Positions 27,994-39,391 of a DNA stretch of 64,000 bases are shown here, piece by piece; the first letter of the stretch is position 1, and every line of letters begins with the position of its first letter. The notes under the pieces are model-generated. The model was given only the letters and a program-made list of their open reading frames with translations. It had not been told where the DNA came from and made no database searches. The DNA is from an uncultured bacterium. GTDB taxonomy: Bacteria; Spirochaetota; UBA4802; JAGODF01. A program made the position numbers and the translations under genes. Where the stretch lies: positions 9,879 to 73,878 of the forward strand of contig CAKZSV010000015.1 of the NCBI GenBank assembly GCA_937921485.1, read 5' to 3'.

Positions 27994-28018
27994 GCGTTAT
28001 GCAAAATTCCTGGCTGTT

Positions 28019-28975
28019 TTAGAATTCAAAAAGCGCGGTGGACAAATACCGTTCGCCGGCATCAGGAAGAATGACCACGATGAGTTTGCCGCTGCTTTCC
28101 GGCTCCTTCCCGATTTTGATAGCCGCCGCCACCGCTGCGCCTGATGATATGCCCGCGGTGATGCCTTCTTCTCTGTGAAGTCGTCGTGCAAATTCAATCG
28201 CTTCATCATTCGATACCGTCACGATATCATCAACAATATCCAGATTGAGCACCTCGGGCTTGAATCCCGCACCGATGCCTTGAATTTTGTGCGGCCCTGG
28301 CTGCGGCGTCTCCCCTTTTCGTAGTGCGGTAAGCACTGCTGATGCGGCAGGCTCAACACCCACCGAGCGGATTTTCTTGCCTTTTTCATTTTTAATATAG
28401 CGGCTCACACCCGTGATGGTCCCGCCGGTGCCGATTCCGGCCACAAAAATATCGATGAGCCCATCGGTGTCATTCCAGATTTCAGGGCCGGTCGTTTTGA
28501 AATGAATTTCAGGATTTGCGGGATTTTTAAACTGCTGCGGCATAAAATATTTTTGGGGGTCAGAGCCTGCGATTTCCTCGGCTTTTTCGACCGCCCCTTT
28601 CATGCCTTTCGCGCCATCGGTAAGCACCAGCTTCGCTCCAAACGCCTGCAGCATCCGCCGCCGCTCCATCGACATCGTCTCGGGCATGGTGAGGATGAGC
28701 GGATAGCCCCGTGAAGCGCACACGAATGCTAGCGCGATGCCGGTATTGCCGCTGGTGGGTTCCACAACAGTGGTGCTGCCATCCCCCGGCTTGAGAATGC
28801 CGCGCTTTTCCGCATCCCATATCATTGCAGCGCCGATTCGGCACTTCACCGAATAGGCGGGATTTCGCCCTTCGATTTTGGCAGCAACCGTTGCTTTGCA
28901 ATCTCTCGTTATTGTATTGAGCTTCACAAGCGGGGTATTGCCAATGCTTAAGCTGTTATCGGAAAAAATGTTCAT
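28019..28975 (-). CDS. cysK: Cysteine synthase A (O-acetylserine sulfhydrylase)
   Basis: PLP-Lys region [11 protein letters not shown], plus [10 protein letters not shown]. The start was trimmed to ATG 28975, preceded by GAGGTG. Confidence 0.9.
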   Translation of the reverse strand: MNIFSDNSLSIGNTPLVKLNTITRDCKATVAAKIEGRNPAYSVKCRIGAAMIWDAEKRGILKPGDGSTTVVEPTSGNTGIALAFVCASRGYPLILTMPETMSMERRRMLQAFGAKLVLTDGAKGMKGAVEKAEEIAGSDPQKYFMPQQFKNPANPEIHFKTTGPEIWNDTDGLIDIFVAGIGTGGTITGVSRYIKNEKGKKIRSVGVEPAASAVLTALRKGETPQPGPHKIQGIGAGFKPEVLNLDIVDDIVTVSNDEAIEFARRLHREEGITAGISSGAAVAAAIKIGKEPESSGKLIVVILPDAGERYLSTALFEF

Positions 28976-29030
28976 TGTGCACCTCGTGTTTTGCAATCGT
29001 TTTATAGCTCACTCATCGTTCCTCCGGACA

Positions 29031-30395
<1,365 letters not shown>

Positions 30396-30479
30396 TCAAG
30401 AAAAAATATTGCAAAAAATATATTATTTATACAATGAGTATAAATTACGATTCCAACAAATAATCAGAGGCAGGATACA

Positions 30480-30668
30480 ATGAAAACTTATCGCTGTGAA
30501 CAATGTCCTCTTCGTGCACGCTACGATGCCAATCCCCGCTCCCTTTTGGGGCGCTTCTGGAGATTCCATATCCGTTTTTGTCCGGGATGGCGGGGATACA
30601 TGCGCTCGCTTCCTGAAGAGAAAAGAAAGGAAGTTATGCTAAAATACGGGATACCACAGCAAACGTAA
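30480..30668 (+). CDS. Small Cys-containing hypothetical protein (62 aa)
   Basis: CEQCP...H...FCPGW arrangement, with an RBS-like AGAGGCAGGA upstream. It is divergent from metY. The family is not recognised with certainty. Confidence 0.5.
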   Translation: MKTYRCEQCPLRARYDANPRSLLGRFWRFHIRFCPGWRGYMRSLPEEKRKEVMLKYGIPQQT

Positions 30669-30765
30669 TAATATCCCTGATATCTAAAGGAAGTTTTCCC
30701 AACAAGGGGATAGCTTACACCCCTCGCATCAACCCAAAAAATATATTTGTGAACTACAGGATGTA

Positions 30766-31269
30766 TTATACTGCCGAAAAAGGTAGTATTTCCGGGGGGT
30801 GCGGTGGTATTCCCCAGCAACAAAGCATATATTGCAAGTCATTTTGTATAAAATGTACAATAGTATGACCTCCGTGCCAATACTTATCGGCAAAGGTCTC
30901 TATTATATTATCATCAAGCTGTGTTAAAAATTTTTCGACAGCAAACGCCACAAGATACGAAACCGACATCTTCCACAGTTTTCGAACATCATCAAAAAAA
31001 TCATGTACATAATTTGGAAGCACCACATGCAGCTTCTTCCAGTCTTCTTTCGGCCTGGCATCCTGATGCTGTACCGTACCGCGCGCTTTGCTGGGAATAT
31101 TTTCTGACCAGACAAGATGCTCAAGTAACATCGCAATAAGGCGACTACGGCTTATGCCGCGTTGTTTTGCCGCTTCGGTAAGCTTTCGATATACTTCGAT
31201 ATCGATGTTAATAGTCGTTTCGCAGAGGATTTTTGATTTTTCAGAAACATATAGATGTTGCTGTGTCAT
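30766..31269 (-). CDS. Hypothetical protein with two tandem ribbon-helix-helix-like segments
   Basis: Segment 1 is INIDIEVYRKLTEAAKQRGISRSRLIAMLLEHL and segment 2 is LHVVLPNYVHDFFDDVRKLWKMSVSYLVAFAVEKFL. The start was trimmed to ATG 31269, preceded by GGGAGAAAG. Confidence 0.6.
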   Translation of the reverse strand: MTQQHLYVSEKSKILCETTINIDIEVYRKLTEAAKQRGISRSRLIAMLLEHLVWSENIPSKARGTVQHQDARPKEDWKKLHVVLPNYVHDFFDDVRKLWKMSVSYLVAFAVEKFLTQLDDNIIETFADKYWHGGHTIVHFIQNDLQYMLCCWGIPPHPPEILPFSAV

Positions 31270-31305
31270 GGTCTTTCTCCCGCGTATTGTATTGCCCTCG
31301 CTTAT

Positions 31306-31418
31306 GAGCACCTCGAAAAACCGCTTTCCTGCTTAAAATAGCACAAAAGAAAGCGGTTGTTACCTGTAATATTGTGCCCACAAGAGAACATCCTTATAAA
31401 TAGTTTTTAGAAGTTCCC
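31306..31418 (-). mobile_element. MITE copy C (diverged, roughly 85-90 percent identical by eye)
   Basis: The reverse complement aligns full-length with copies A and B. In element orientation the flanks are ATAC and ATAA (3/4 match). Stem positions are retained or changed to G-T. Confidence 0.7.
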
Positions 31419-31462
31419 GTATGAAATGCCGAAACAATAAAATATTTTCCTCAAAAACGCTA

Positions 31463-32797
31463 TCACAAAAACGCATATCGGAGAACGAATATCACACACA
31501 TGGCATGCATAATCCAGTGTACTTCTTTAACCCTGCCTGTGCAGAGCTTGATTACCGGATACGAAATGAACCCAAAGGCAAGGCCGTCGGCGATTGAATA
31601 CGTCAGCGGCATCCCCACAATCACAAGAAATGCCGGAAGCGATTCCGTGAGATCGGTAAAATTAATGCGCGTAACGCTTCGCATCAACATCGCACCCACG
31701 AAGATGAGCGCCGGAGCAATAACCGGATAGAATGTCATCTGCGAATGTTCCGGCCGAAATCCGCCGCCCAGCATCTTTGCCAGCGGTTCAAAGAAAAGCG
31801 CTAATACAAATAACATCCCAACCACAATTGCCGTAAGTCCCGTGCGGCCGCCTTCCTGAACGCCGGCAGAGCTTTCAATGTAGGTGACCACAGTTGACGT
31901 GCCCAGCGCCGCTCCCGCAACTGTTGCGGTCGCATCAGTCATGAGAATCTGGCGAAGCTTCGGCACGCTGCCGTCTTCTTTCATGAGGCCCGCCTGCTGG
32001 GTCACGCCGACAACCGTTCCCACAGTATCGAAGAGCGTCATAAAGAGAAACACCAAAATGAGCGGGAAATAGTGCGGTGAAAGCGCTGCAGCCAGATCCA
32101 TCTTGAAAAACGTCGGCGCAATCGAAGGCGGAGCGCTCGCCACCCCCTGAAACTGCACAATGCCGAAAGGAAGCGCTATGGCCGTCACCACCGCCATGCC
32201 GATAATCATCGCACCTTTGACGCGCAGATAGCTCAATATGGCGATGACCAGAAGGCCAAGAAGCGGAAGCAGCACATGCAGCGATTTTACATCGCCGAGC
32301 TTCACCACTCCGCCTCCCGGATCTTTCACGATGATACCGCCGTACACCAGACCGATGAACGTAATAAAAAGGCCGATTCCCACAGCAATGCCGGATTTCA
32401 GCGACATAGGGATTGCGTTTATCATAAGCTCGCGCACATTGAAAAATGTAAGCAATAAAAAGAGCACGCCCGAAATGAAGATAATGCCGAGCGCGGTCGG
32501 CCACGGTACGCTCATTGCGATGATGACGCTGAACGTGAAGAAAATGTTTTCTCCCATTGCAGGCGCAAGCGCAATCGGATAATTCGCGTACAAACCCATC
32601 ATGATGCTTGCAAGCGCAGAAGAGATGCAGGTTGCGGCCAATACCGCGCCGAAATCCATTCCTCCCGCGGAAAGAATGGTCGGCTGCACAAAAATGATGT
32701 ACGCCATTGTCACGAACGTGGTAAGTCCTGCGATGATTTCGGTTTTAATGGTGGAATTGCGTTCGGAAATATGAAAGAATCGATCAAGAAAACTCAT
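31463..32797 (-). CDS. NCS2/AzgA-family purine (adenine/hypoxanthine/guanine) permease
   Basis: The N-terminus MSFLDRFFHISERNSTIKTEIIAGLTTFVTMAYI is typical of the AzgA/PbuG family. Polytopic. The start was trimmed to ATG 32797, preceded by GGGGAGG. Confidence 0.85.
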   Translation of the reverse strand: MSFLDRFFHISERNSTIKTEIIAGLTTFVTMAYIIFVQPTILSAGGMDFGAVLAATCISSALASIMMGLYANYPIALAPAMGENIFFTFSVIIAMSVPWPTALGIIFISGVLFLLLTFFNVRELMINAIPMSLKSGIAVGIGLFITFIGLVYGGIIVKDPGGGVVKLGDVKSLHVLLPLLGLLVIAILSYLRVKGAMIIGMAVVTAIALPFGIVQFQGVASAPPSIAPTFFKMDLAAALSPHYFPLILVFLFMTLFDTVGTVVGVTQQAGLMKEDGSVPKLRQILMTDATATVAGAALGTSTVVTYIESSAGVQEGGRTGLTAIVVGMLFVLALFFEPLAKMLGGGFRPEHSQMTFYPVIAPALIFVGAMLMRSVTRINFTDLTESLPAFLVIVGMPLTYSIADGLAFGFISYPVIKLCTGRVKEVHWIMHAMCVIFVLRYAFL

Positions 32798-32849
32798 ACG
32801 CACCTCCCCGCGTCATGATGCGGATATTTCATCGCGGATAAAAAATGCG

Positions 32850-33764
32850 TCAATTACTTTCTGCGGCACTGTTTTCTACTGTCTGATGAATGCGCATATA
32901 GTGCGACACATTCTCCATCGCTATTTCCGCCGCGTGATATGAACTTCTCACCAGAGGGCCGCAGAGCGCCTCTGTAAATCCGAGCGAAAGTGCCATCTGC
33001 CGCATCTGTTCAAATTCTTCCGGATGATAATATTTCACCACCGGATATGCGCCGCGGTGCGATTGTAAATACTGACCGATGGTGATAATTGCCGCCCCCG
33101 CGTTTCGCACATCCTCAAGCGTGCGCCGTATATCATCCATTGTTTCTCCGAACCCCACCATGAGCCCTGTTTTCACTGCAAGGCCTACCCTCTCCGCAGC
33201 GCGCAGCACTTCAAGAGAGCGCGTATAATTTCCAAGCGGGCGAAGAATCGGAAAAAGACTTCGCACCACCTCGATATTATGATTGAACACATCCGGTTGT
33301 GCATGGAGCACCGCATCCAGTGCCTCAGACCCACAATGCAGAAAATCCGGCACCAGCACCTCCACGCGCGCTGCAGTATTTTTTCCCCGGATTTTTTTCA
33401 CCGTGCAAGCAAAAATGGAAGCCCCGCCGTCGGGAAGATCATCGCGCGTGACAGATGTGATCACCGCATACAAAATGCCTAATTGCCGCACCGCTTCGGC
33501 AACTCTTTTTGGTTCTTCGCTATCGGGGGGTGAGGGAGTTCCTTTCTCCACGGCGCAATATCTGCAATTTCGGGTGCAGACATTTCCGAGTATCATAAAG
33601 GTGGCCGTGCCTTTGCAGAAGCATTCGCCGATGTTGGGGCATTTCGCTTCAACGCAGACAGTATGCAGATTAAGCGCAGTAATTGCTTGTTTCAGGCGAA
33701 CATATTCTTCGCCGCCGGGAATCTGAAACTTCAGCCAGCGCGGAATTCTTGCTACTTTTTCCAT
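32850..33764 (-). CDS. lipA: Lipoyl synthase
   Basis: Auxiliary cluster motif CVEAKCPNIGEC and radical SAM motif CTRNCRYC. Confidence 0.9.
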   Translation of the reverse strand: MEKVARIPRWLKFQIPGGEEYVRLKQAITALNLHTVCVEAKCPNIGECFCKGTATFMILGNVCTRNCRYCAVEKGTPSPPDSEEPKRVAEAVRQLGILYAVITSVTRDDLPDGGASIFACTVKKIRGKNTAARVEVLVPDFLHCGSEALDAVLHAQPDVFNHNIEVVRSLFPILRPLGNYTRSLEVLRAAERVGLAVKTGLMVGFGETMDDIRRTLEDVRNAGAAIITIGQYLQSHRGAYPVVKYYHPEEFEQMRQMALSLGFTEALCGPLVRSSYHAAEIAMENVSHYMRIHQTVENSAAESN

Positions 33765-35176
33765 ATGAGCACCGGCTTTCGTGCGGCAAGCACCGCATCG
33801 ACTTTTTTTACCGGCAAAGTATGCGGCGCGTCATGCACCATACCAGGGTTTTCCGAGCATTCCGTGCGGATAGCCAGCATGGCGTCGGCAAATGCATCGA
33901 GCGTCTGCTTCGATTCGGTTTCGGTCGGCTCAATCATGATGGCGCCGGGCACATGCAATGGGAAATACACCGTGGGTGCGTGAAAACCGTAGTCTAAAAT
34001 TCGCTTTGCGACATCATTGGTCGTAAGGCCATTCGGAAGGCCTTTATCGTTTAACACAAATTCGTGCATGCAGATGCGATCAACCGGACAATTGTAGGCA
34101 TTTTTCAGCCGCGCGCGCAGATAGTTCGCGTTCAGCACCGCCGTCTCCGCGGTTGTCCTGATGCCCGTCGCACCCAGGCGTTTGAGATAGGCATACGCGC
34201 GCACACAGACTAAAAAATTTCCATAAAACGAATGCACGCGGCCGATTGACGAAGGTCGGTCATACTCGAGTCGATACTTTTCGCCATCTTTCATCACCAC
34301 GGGTACCGGCAGATATTTAACCAGATCATCCCGCACGCCCACAGGCCCCGAACCAGGCCCGCCGCCGCCGTGCGGCGTGGAAAAGGTTTTGTGCAGATTG
34401 ATGTGCATGAGATCAAATCCCATGTCGCGCATCTTTGCCATGCCCATCACCGCGTTGAGATTGGCGCCATCTGCATAGAAGAGCGCCCCTTTTGAGTGCA
34501 GAAGCTTTGAAATGTCAAGTACGCCGCGGTCGAAAAGGCCGAGCGTATTCGGATTTGTAAGCATCATCGCGGCGACGTTTTCATCAAGCGCTGATGCAAG
34601 TGCATTAATATCGACATCGCCGTCGCTTCTTGATGGAATTTCCCTCACCTCGAAACCGCACATCGCCACCGATGCCGGATTTGTGCCGTGCGCGGAATCG
34701 GGTATAAGAATCACGCGGCGTTTTTCTCCCTTTTCTTCGAAATACTTTTTTATGATCATCACGCCCGTCAGTTCGCCATGCGCTCCGGCCGCAGGGGCAA
34801 GGGTGAATTCTTTCATGCCGGTGATCTCAGCCAGGCTCGATGCGAGCTCCCACATAAGCGCAAGCGCTCCCTGCGCGTTCGCGGGCTGTGTGAGCGGATG
34901 AAGATTGGCAAAGCCATCAAGTGAGGCAACGCGCTCGTTGAGCTTCGGATTGTATTTCATGGTACAGCTTCCAAGCGGGTACATCTGTGTATCGACGCTA
35001 TAGTTCATCCGAGAAAGATTGGTATAATGTCGTACCGCCTCGATTTCCGCCACATCTGGCAGTACCTCATCGGTTGAAAGAAGCTCAGCCGGCAAAGCAT
35101 CCATGTCGGGAATATCGTACTTCGGAACGGGGAAGGCAGAGGTATTTGATGATGGAATATCGAAGATTGTTGCCAT
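33752..35176 (-). CDS. gcvPB: Glycine dehydrogenase (decarboxylating) subunit 2
   Basis: The PLP-Lys region is HINLHKTFSTPHGGGGPG. 474 aa. Confidence 0.9.
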   Translation of the reverse strand: MATIFDIPSSNTSAFPVPKYDIPDMDALPAELLSTDEVLPDVAEIEAVRHYTNLSRMNYSVDTQMYPLGSCTMKYNPKLNERVASLDGFANLHPLTQPANAQGALALMWELASSLAEITGMKEFTLAPAAGAHGELTGVMIIKKYFEEKGEKRRVILIPDSAHGTNPASVAMCGFEVREIPSRSDGDVDINALASALDENVAAMMLTNPNTLGLFDRGVLDISKLLHSKGALFYADGANLNAVMGMAKMRDMGFDLMHINLHKTFSTPHGGGGPGSGPVGVRDDLVKYLPVPVVMKDGEKYRLEYDRPSSIGRVHSFYGNFLVCVRAYAYLKRLGATGIRTTAETAVLNANYLRARLKNAYNCPVDRICMHEFVLNDKGLPNGLTTNDVAKRILDYGFHAPTVYFPLHVPGAIMIEPTETESKQTLDAFADAMLAIRTECSENPGMVHDAPHTLPVKKVDAVLAARKPVLIWKK

Positions 35177-36510
35177 TACATCACTCCTTCCAGCGCCGCA
35201 ATGAGCGCGTCGATTTCATCCGGGGAATTCATCTCCGTCGCGCACACCAGCACGCAATCGCGCAGTGCAGGATAATACGGTTCAAGAAGAATGCCCAGCT
35301 CATATCCCTCCCCGCGCAGGCGCTCGCACACTTTTTCAATATCGTGCACGCACACGACAAATTCATTGAAGAAATGACCGGCGAAAGGCGCAGCAAATCC
35401 CTTTTCTTCGAGTCGATGTTTCAAATATGCCGCAAGCGCATGATTCAGCTGCGCGAGCGTGCGAATATTGTTTCCAAGAAGCGAAAGATAGACCACCGCA
35501 CGAAGCGCACACAGTCCTTCATTTGAGCAGATGTTCGAGGTGGCGCGCTCGCGGCGGATATGCTGTTCGCGCGTCTGAAGCGTCAGCACGTATGCGTCCT
35601 TTCCCCTTTCATCGACGCTTTTTCCCACAAGGCGGCCTGGGATTTTACGCACAAACTCTTCCTTCGCCGCCAGAAACCCCAGAAGCGGCCCACCGAATCC
35701 AACAGGATTTCCAAACGATTGCGCTTCCCCGCATGCGATATCCGCCCCAAGTACCCCCGGCCTTTTTAAAAGCCCGAGGGACAATGGCTCGGTGATAACC
35801 TGTATGAGCTTCGCATTCTTTTTATGCGCGATATCCGAAAATGACGTGACATTCTCAATAAGTCCGAAAAAATTGGGGCTCTGTACCACCACCGCAGCGG
35901 TTGCATCATCGATTAATGTATTCAGCTTGGAAACATCGGTGATTCCATCGCGAAATCCGCAGGCGCGAACTTCTATTCCTGCCGCGCGCATATATGTCAG
36001 GGCCACCTCGCGATAGTGCGGATGAATTGTTTCGCTGAGTATCACATTGCCGCCGTTTTTTCCGCGAAGCGCCATGAGTATCGCTTCCGCCATTGCGGTG
36101 GCGCCATCGTACATGCTCGCGTTGGCGATATCACACCCGGTGAGACGCGCAATCATCGTCTGGTATTCAAAAATTGCCGTCAGGGTGCCCTGGCTCACCT
36201 CGGGCTGGTACGGCGTGTACGCGGTAAAAAATTCCCCGCGACGGGCAATATCATCAACCACGGCGGGAATATAATGCCGATACACTCCCGCGCCCGCAAA
36301 TGATTTTGCAACGATATTATTGCCGGCAAGTTTGCGAAGTGCCTGTTCAACTTCAATATCTGAAATGCCCCCGGGCAGATGCAATTTCTCCTTCAGCCGA
36401 ATCTCTTCGGGAATATCGGAAAAAAGCTCATCGACGGAACGGACGCCGATAGCTTTGAGCATTTCTTCACGGTCGATGTCTGATAATGCCGTATAGTCCA
36501 TTTCGCTCAA
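35176..36510 (-). CDS. gcvPA: Glycine dehydrogenase (decarboxylating) subunit 1
   Basis: The N-terminal region and 444-aa length are typical. It lies between gcvH and gcvPB. Confidence 0.9.
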   Translation of the reverse strand: MSEMDYTALSDIDREEMLKAIGVRSVDELFSDIPEEIRLKEKLHLPGGISDIEVEQALRKLAGNNIVAKSFAGAGVYRHYIPAVVDDIARRGEFFTAYTPYQPEVSQGTLTAIFEYQTMIARLTGCDIANASMYDGATAMAEAILMALRGKNGGNVILSETIHPHYREVALTYMRAAGIEVRACGFRDGITDVSKLNTLIDDATAAVVVQSPNFFGLIENVTSFSDIAHKKNAKLIQVITEPLSLGLLKRPGVLGADIACGEAQSFGNPVGFGGPLLGFLAAKEEFVRKIPGRLVGKSVDERGKDAYVLTLQTREQHIRRERATSNICSNEGLCALRAVVYLSLLGNNIRTLAQLNHALAAYLKHRLEEKGFAAPFAGHFFNEFVVCVHDIEKVCERLRGEGYELGILLEPYYPALRDCVLVCATEMNSPDEIDALIAALEGVM

Positions 36511-36902
36511 TCGCCCGCGGCAACATGCGCTTCATAGGCGCGTGCATCCATAAGCTCATCCGCTTCAGACGCATTTTTTACGCTGAGCTTGCAAATCCAG
36601 CCATCGCCGTAAGGGTCGCTGTTTAAAAGCTCGGGCGAATCCTCAAGTCGCGAGTTCACCTCAATGACTTCGCCACTCACCGGCGCATAGACATCGGAAA
36701 CCGCTTTCACCGATTCCACCACCGCGAGCCGCTCACCCTTCTTTACTTCGATGCCCTTTTCGGGAAGCTCTACAAACACGATGTCCGTAAGCATTTCCTG
36801 CGCATGGTCGGTGATGCCGCAGGTACAGGTGAGTCCTTCTTCATCGAACAAAGCCCATTCGTGCTCTCTGGTATATTTGAGATTTTCAGGTATTGAACTC
36901 AT
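36507..36902 (-). CDS. gcvH: Glycine cleavage system H protein
   Basis: The lipoyl-Lys motif is [13 protein letters not shown]. 131 aa. Confidence 0.9.
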   Translation of the reverse strand: MSSIPENLKYTREHEWALFDEEGLTCTCGITDHAQEMLTDIVFVELPEKGIEVKKGERLAVVESVKAVSDVYAPVSGEVIEVNSRLEDSPELLNSDPYGDGWICKLSVKNASEADELMDARAYEAHVAAGD

Positions 36903-36965
36903 GTACTCCTCCGCGATATGATTTTTTTATAAACACCTTTCATCTGATACAATTGTCAAGAAGTA

Positions 36966-38054
36966 TTATCCCCGGTACGGCAGAAACGGCCTTGGTACTA
37001 CTCTCGATTTCAGCGCTTTGCCGCGCACCTCAATCCCTATTTCATCGCCAATTGAAATCACGCCCGATGCGACGCGGGCCATGCCGATGCTTTTTTTCAA
37101 TGTGGGAGAAAAAGTCCCGCTTGTGGTGATGCCGATTTTCTTTCCTTTACGCACAACATCGCATCGTTCGCGCGCAATGCCTTTATCAAGGCATTCGAAG
37201 CAGATGGTTTCCCTCGGCGCGCCATCGCGCTTTTGTTTTTCAATTACAGCTTTTCCGATATATTCTTTTTCGGAACTTATCACCCAGCCGATGCCGGCTT
37301 CAACCGGCGTGGTGGCTTCATCGAGCTCATGCCCGTAGAGCGAATATGCTGCTTCAAGGCGAAGCGTATCGCGCGCGCCAAGTCCGCAGGGAAGCAATCC
37401 GAGGGGTTTCCCCGCTTCAAGTATTTTCTTCCAGAGCGATGATGTTTTCGAAGCTGGCAGGTACAGTTCGAATCCGTATTCTCCGGTGTAGCCCGATTGC
37501 GAAACAATCATGGCATCACCCTCATACTTCAATTCGGCAAAGCAAAACCGCGGAAGTTCTGAAATAATTTTTTCATTGATAATTGAAAGCACTATTTCCT
37601 TCGAGCGCGGTCCCTGCAGGTCGATTTTTGCGGTTGTCGCTGATACATCGCGCACGGTTGCACCGAACGTATTCCAGGTATGAATCCACGCAAGGTCCTT
37701 TTCCGCAGTCGATGCATTCACCACTAAAAAATACTCATGTTCGGATTTCATATACACAAATAAATCGTCAATAACCCCACCCGCTTCATTGCAAAAACAG
37801 CTATACATTGATTTTCCCGGCGCAAGTTTCGCAAGCCTGGTGGGAAGCAACTTTTCAAGAAGCGCCTTTGCGCCTTTTCCCGCGATTTCAATCTCGCCCA
37901 TGTGCGACACATCGAACACTCCGGCAGCATTCCGCACCGCGTGATGTTCTTCCACAATCGACGAGTACATCACCGGCAATTCCCATCCGGCAAAATCCAC
38001 CATTCTGCCGCCAAGGGCGGTATGCGCATCGTATAACGGCGTTCTGTTTCCCAT
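36966..38054 (-). CDS. gcvT: Aminomethyltransferase (glycine cleavage T protein)
   Basis: The N-terminus MGNRTPLYDAHTALGGRMVDFAGWELP is typical. The start was trimmed to ATG 38054, 2 nt after the upstream stop. Confidence 0.9.
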   Translation of the reverse strand: MGNRTPLYDAHTALGGRMVDFAGWELPVMYSSIVEEHHAVRNAAGVFDVSHMGEIEIAGKGAKALLEKLLPTRLAKLAPGKSMYSCFCNEAGGVIDDLFVYMKSEHEYFLVVNASTAEKDLAWIHTWNTFGATVRDVSATTAKIDLQGPRSKEIVLSIINEKIISELPRFCFAELKYEGDAMIVSQSGYTGEYGFELYLPASKTSSLWKKILEAGKPLGLLPCGLGARDTLRLEAAYSLYGHELDEATTPVEAGIGWVISSEKEYIGKAVIEKQKRDGAPRETICFECLDKGIARERCDVVRKGKKIGITTSGTFSPTLKKSIGMARVASGVISIGDEIGIEVRGKALKSRVVPRPFLPYRG

Positions 38055-38056
38055 CT

Positions 38057-39391
38057 TCAGCGTTTCATCCTTCTCAGCGTAAAATCGACCGCGCGCAAAA
38101 GCGGGTCGTGCACCTCGCTCACGGCGGGGCAATAAGCAAGCTCCATTGACGGGAGTGCGTCAAGCGGAATTCCATACTCAATGGCCATACTGATGAGGTT
38201 CACCCGCCAGGCGGCACCATCACCAATCGCCTGCGCGCCGAGAACTTTCCCTGAATGTTTATCTGCAACAATTTTTAGTGCAACAGCGTTTTCTCCGGGA
38301 AAGTAATCGGGGAGCACGCGCGATTGAATTTTTCCCTGCACAGGTTCGAATCCCGCTTCCGAAGCCGTCCGGGACGTAAAGCCGGTACCGGCGATTTCCA
38401 ATTCCGCAAGTTTGGTGACGAACGTTCCGGCAGTGCCCCCATACTCGAGTTTCATCCCGCAGGCGTTTGCCCCGGCGATCGTACCCTGTTTGTAGGCAGA
38501 AGTGGCAAGCTTAACAGGAATTTTTTCTCCGCCGATAATCGACCATGAGGCAATGCAATCGCCCGCCGCATAGACATCGGGCGCAGAGGTGCAGAGATGT
38601 TTATCAACCGCAATCCCAAATTTTTCTACTTGAATGCCGCTTTTTTCCGCAATCGCGGTATTGGGCGCAAATCCCGATGCAACAATACACAGTCCCGCTT
38701 CAATGACATTTCCTGCCGCCGTTACGCCCCTGAATTCATCATCGCCGACAATTTCCTCAACGGCACTGCCCGTCCTGCATGCGATTCCTTGTGCTGCACA
38801 ATATTTCTCCACCTGCTGCGCCATATCGGCATCGAGCACGCCGGGAAGGATGTGATCTTTCATTTCAAGAAGCGTCACGTGCGAAACGTGTTTTTTCAGG
38901 GCGATTGCCGCTTCAAGCCCTATCGCACCGCCGCCGATGACCACTGCCGAATCAGTCGTCTTTACTGCCATCATCACTGCATCCAAATCCTGCGGCACAG
39001 CTAACGTAAAGATGCCCTTTCTTAGGAAAGCATTAATATTTTTTACCGGCGGAATATTCGCCTGGTAACCTGTTGAGATGATTGCCGTATCGTAAGTAAT
39101 TTCAATCTTCCCATTCTCCCCTTCGGCGGCAATAATCTTCTTTTCCCAATCAATTAATTCGGCAATCGCTTGCACTTTCACCGCTCCCATGCTCTTTAGC
39201 GCCACTTCCTGAACGAGCGCTTCCGGCGATACAATTCCTTCAAGAGCATAGGGAATGCCGCAGGGATGATGAAGGTCATAGGGCTTTGGATCGATAATCA
39301 CCGCTTCCGCCCTGGGGTCATATCTTCGAATTGACATAAGGGCGGCAAATCCCGCTGAGCCAAAACCGATGAGTGCGATTTTCCCGCTCAT
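38057..39391 (-). CDS. FAD-dependent pyridine nucleotide-disulfide oxidoreductase, single-Cys Nox/CoADR-type
   Basis: The motifs GFGSAG and GGGAIGLE are dinucleotide folds, and AAGDC is present. There is a single redox Cys in HHPCGIPY, and no CxxxxC of Lpd type. Confidence 0.8.
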   Translation of the reverse strand: MSGKIALIGFGSAGFAALMSIRRYDPRAEAVIIDPKPYDLHHPCGIPYALEGIVSPEALVQEVALKSMGAVKVQAIAELIDWEKKIIAAEGENGKIEITYDTAIISTGYQANIPPVKNINAFLRKGIFTLAVPQDLDAVMMAVKTTDSAVVIGGGAIGLEAAIALKKHVSHVTLLEMKDHILPGVLDADMAQQVEKYCAAQGIACRTGSAVEEIVGDDEFRGVTAAGNVIEAGLCIVASGFAPNTAIAEKSGIQVEKFGIAVDKHLCTSAPDVYAAGDCIASWSIIGGEKIPVKLATSAYKQGTIAGANACGMKLEYGGTAGTFVTKLAELEIAGTGFTSRTASEAGFEPVQGKIQSRVLPDYFPGENAVALKIVADKHSGKVLGAQAIGDGAAWRVNLISMAIEYGIPLDALPSMELAYCPAVSEVHDPLLRAVDFTLRRMKR

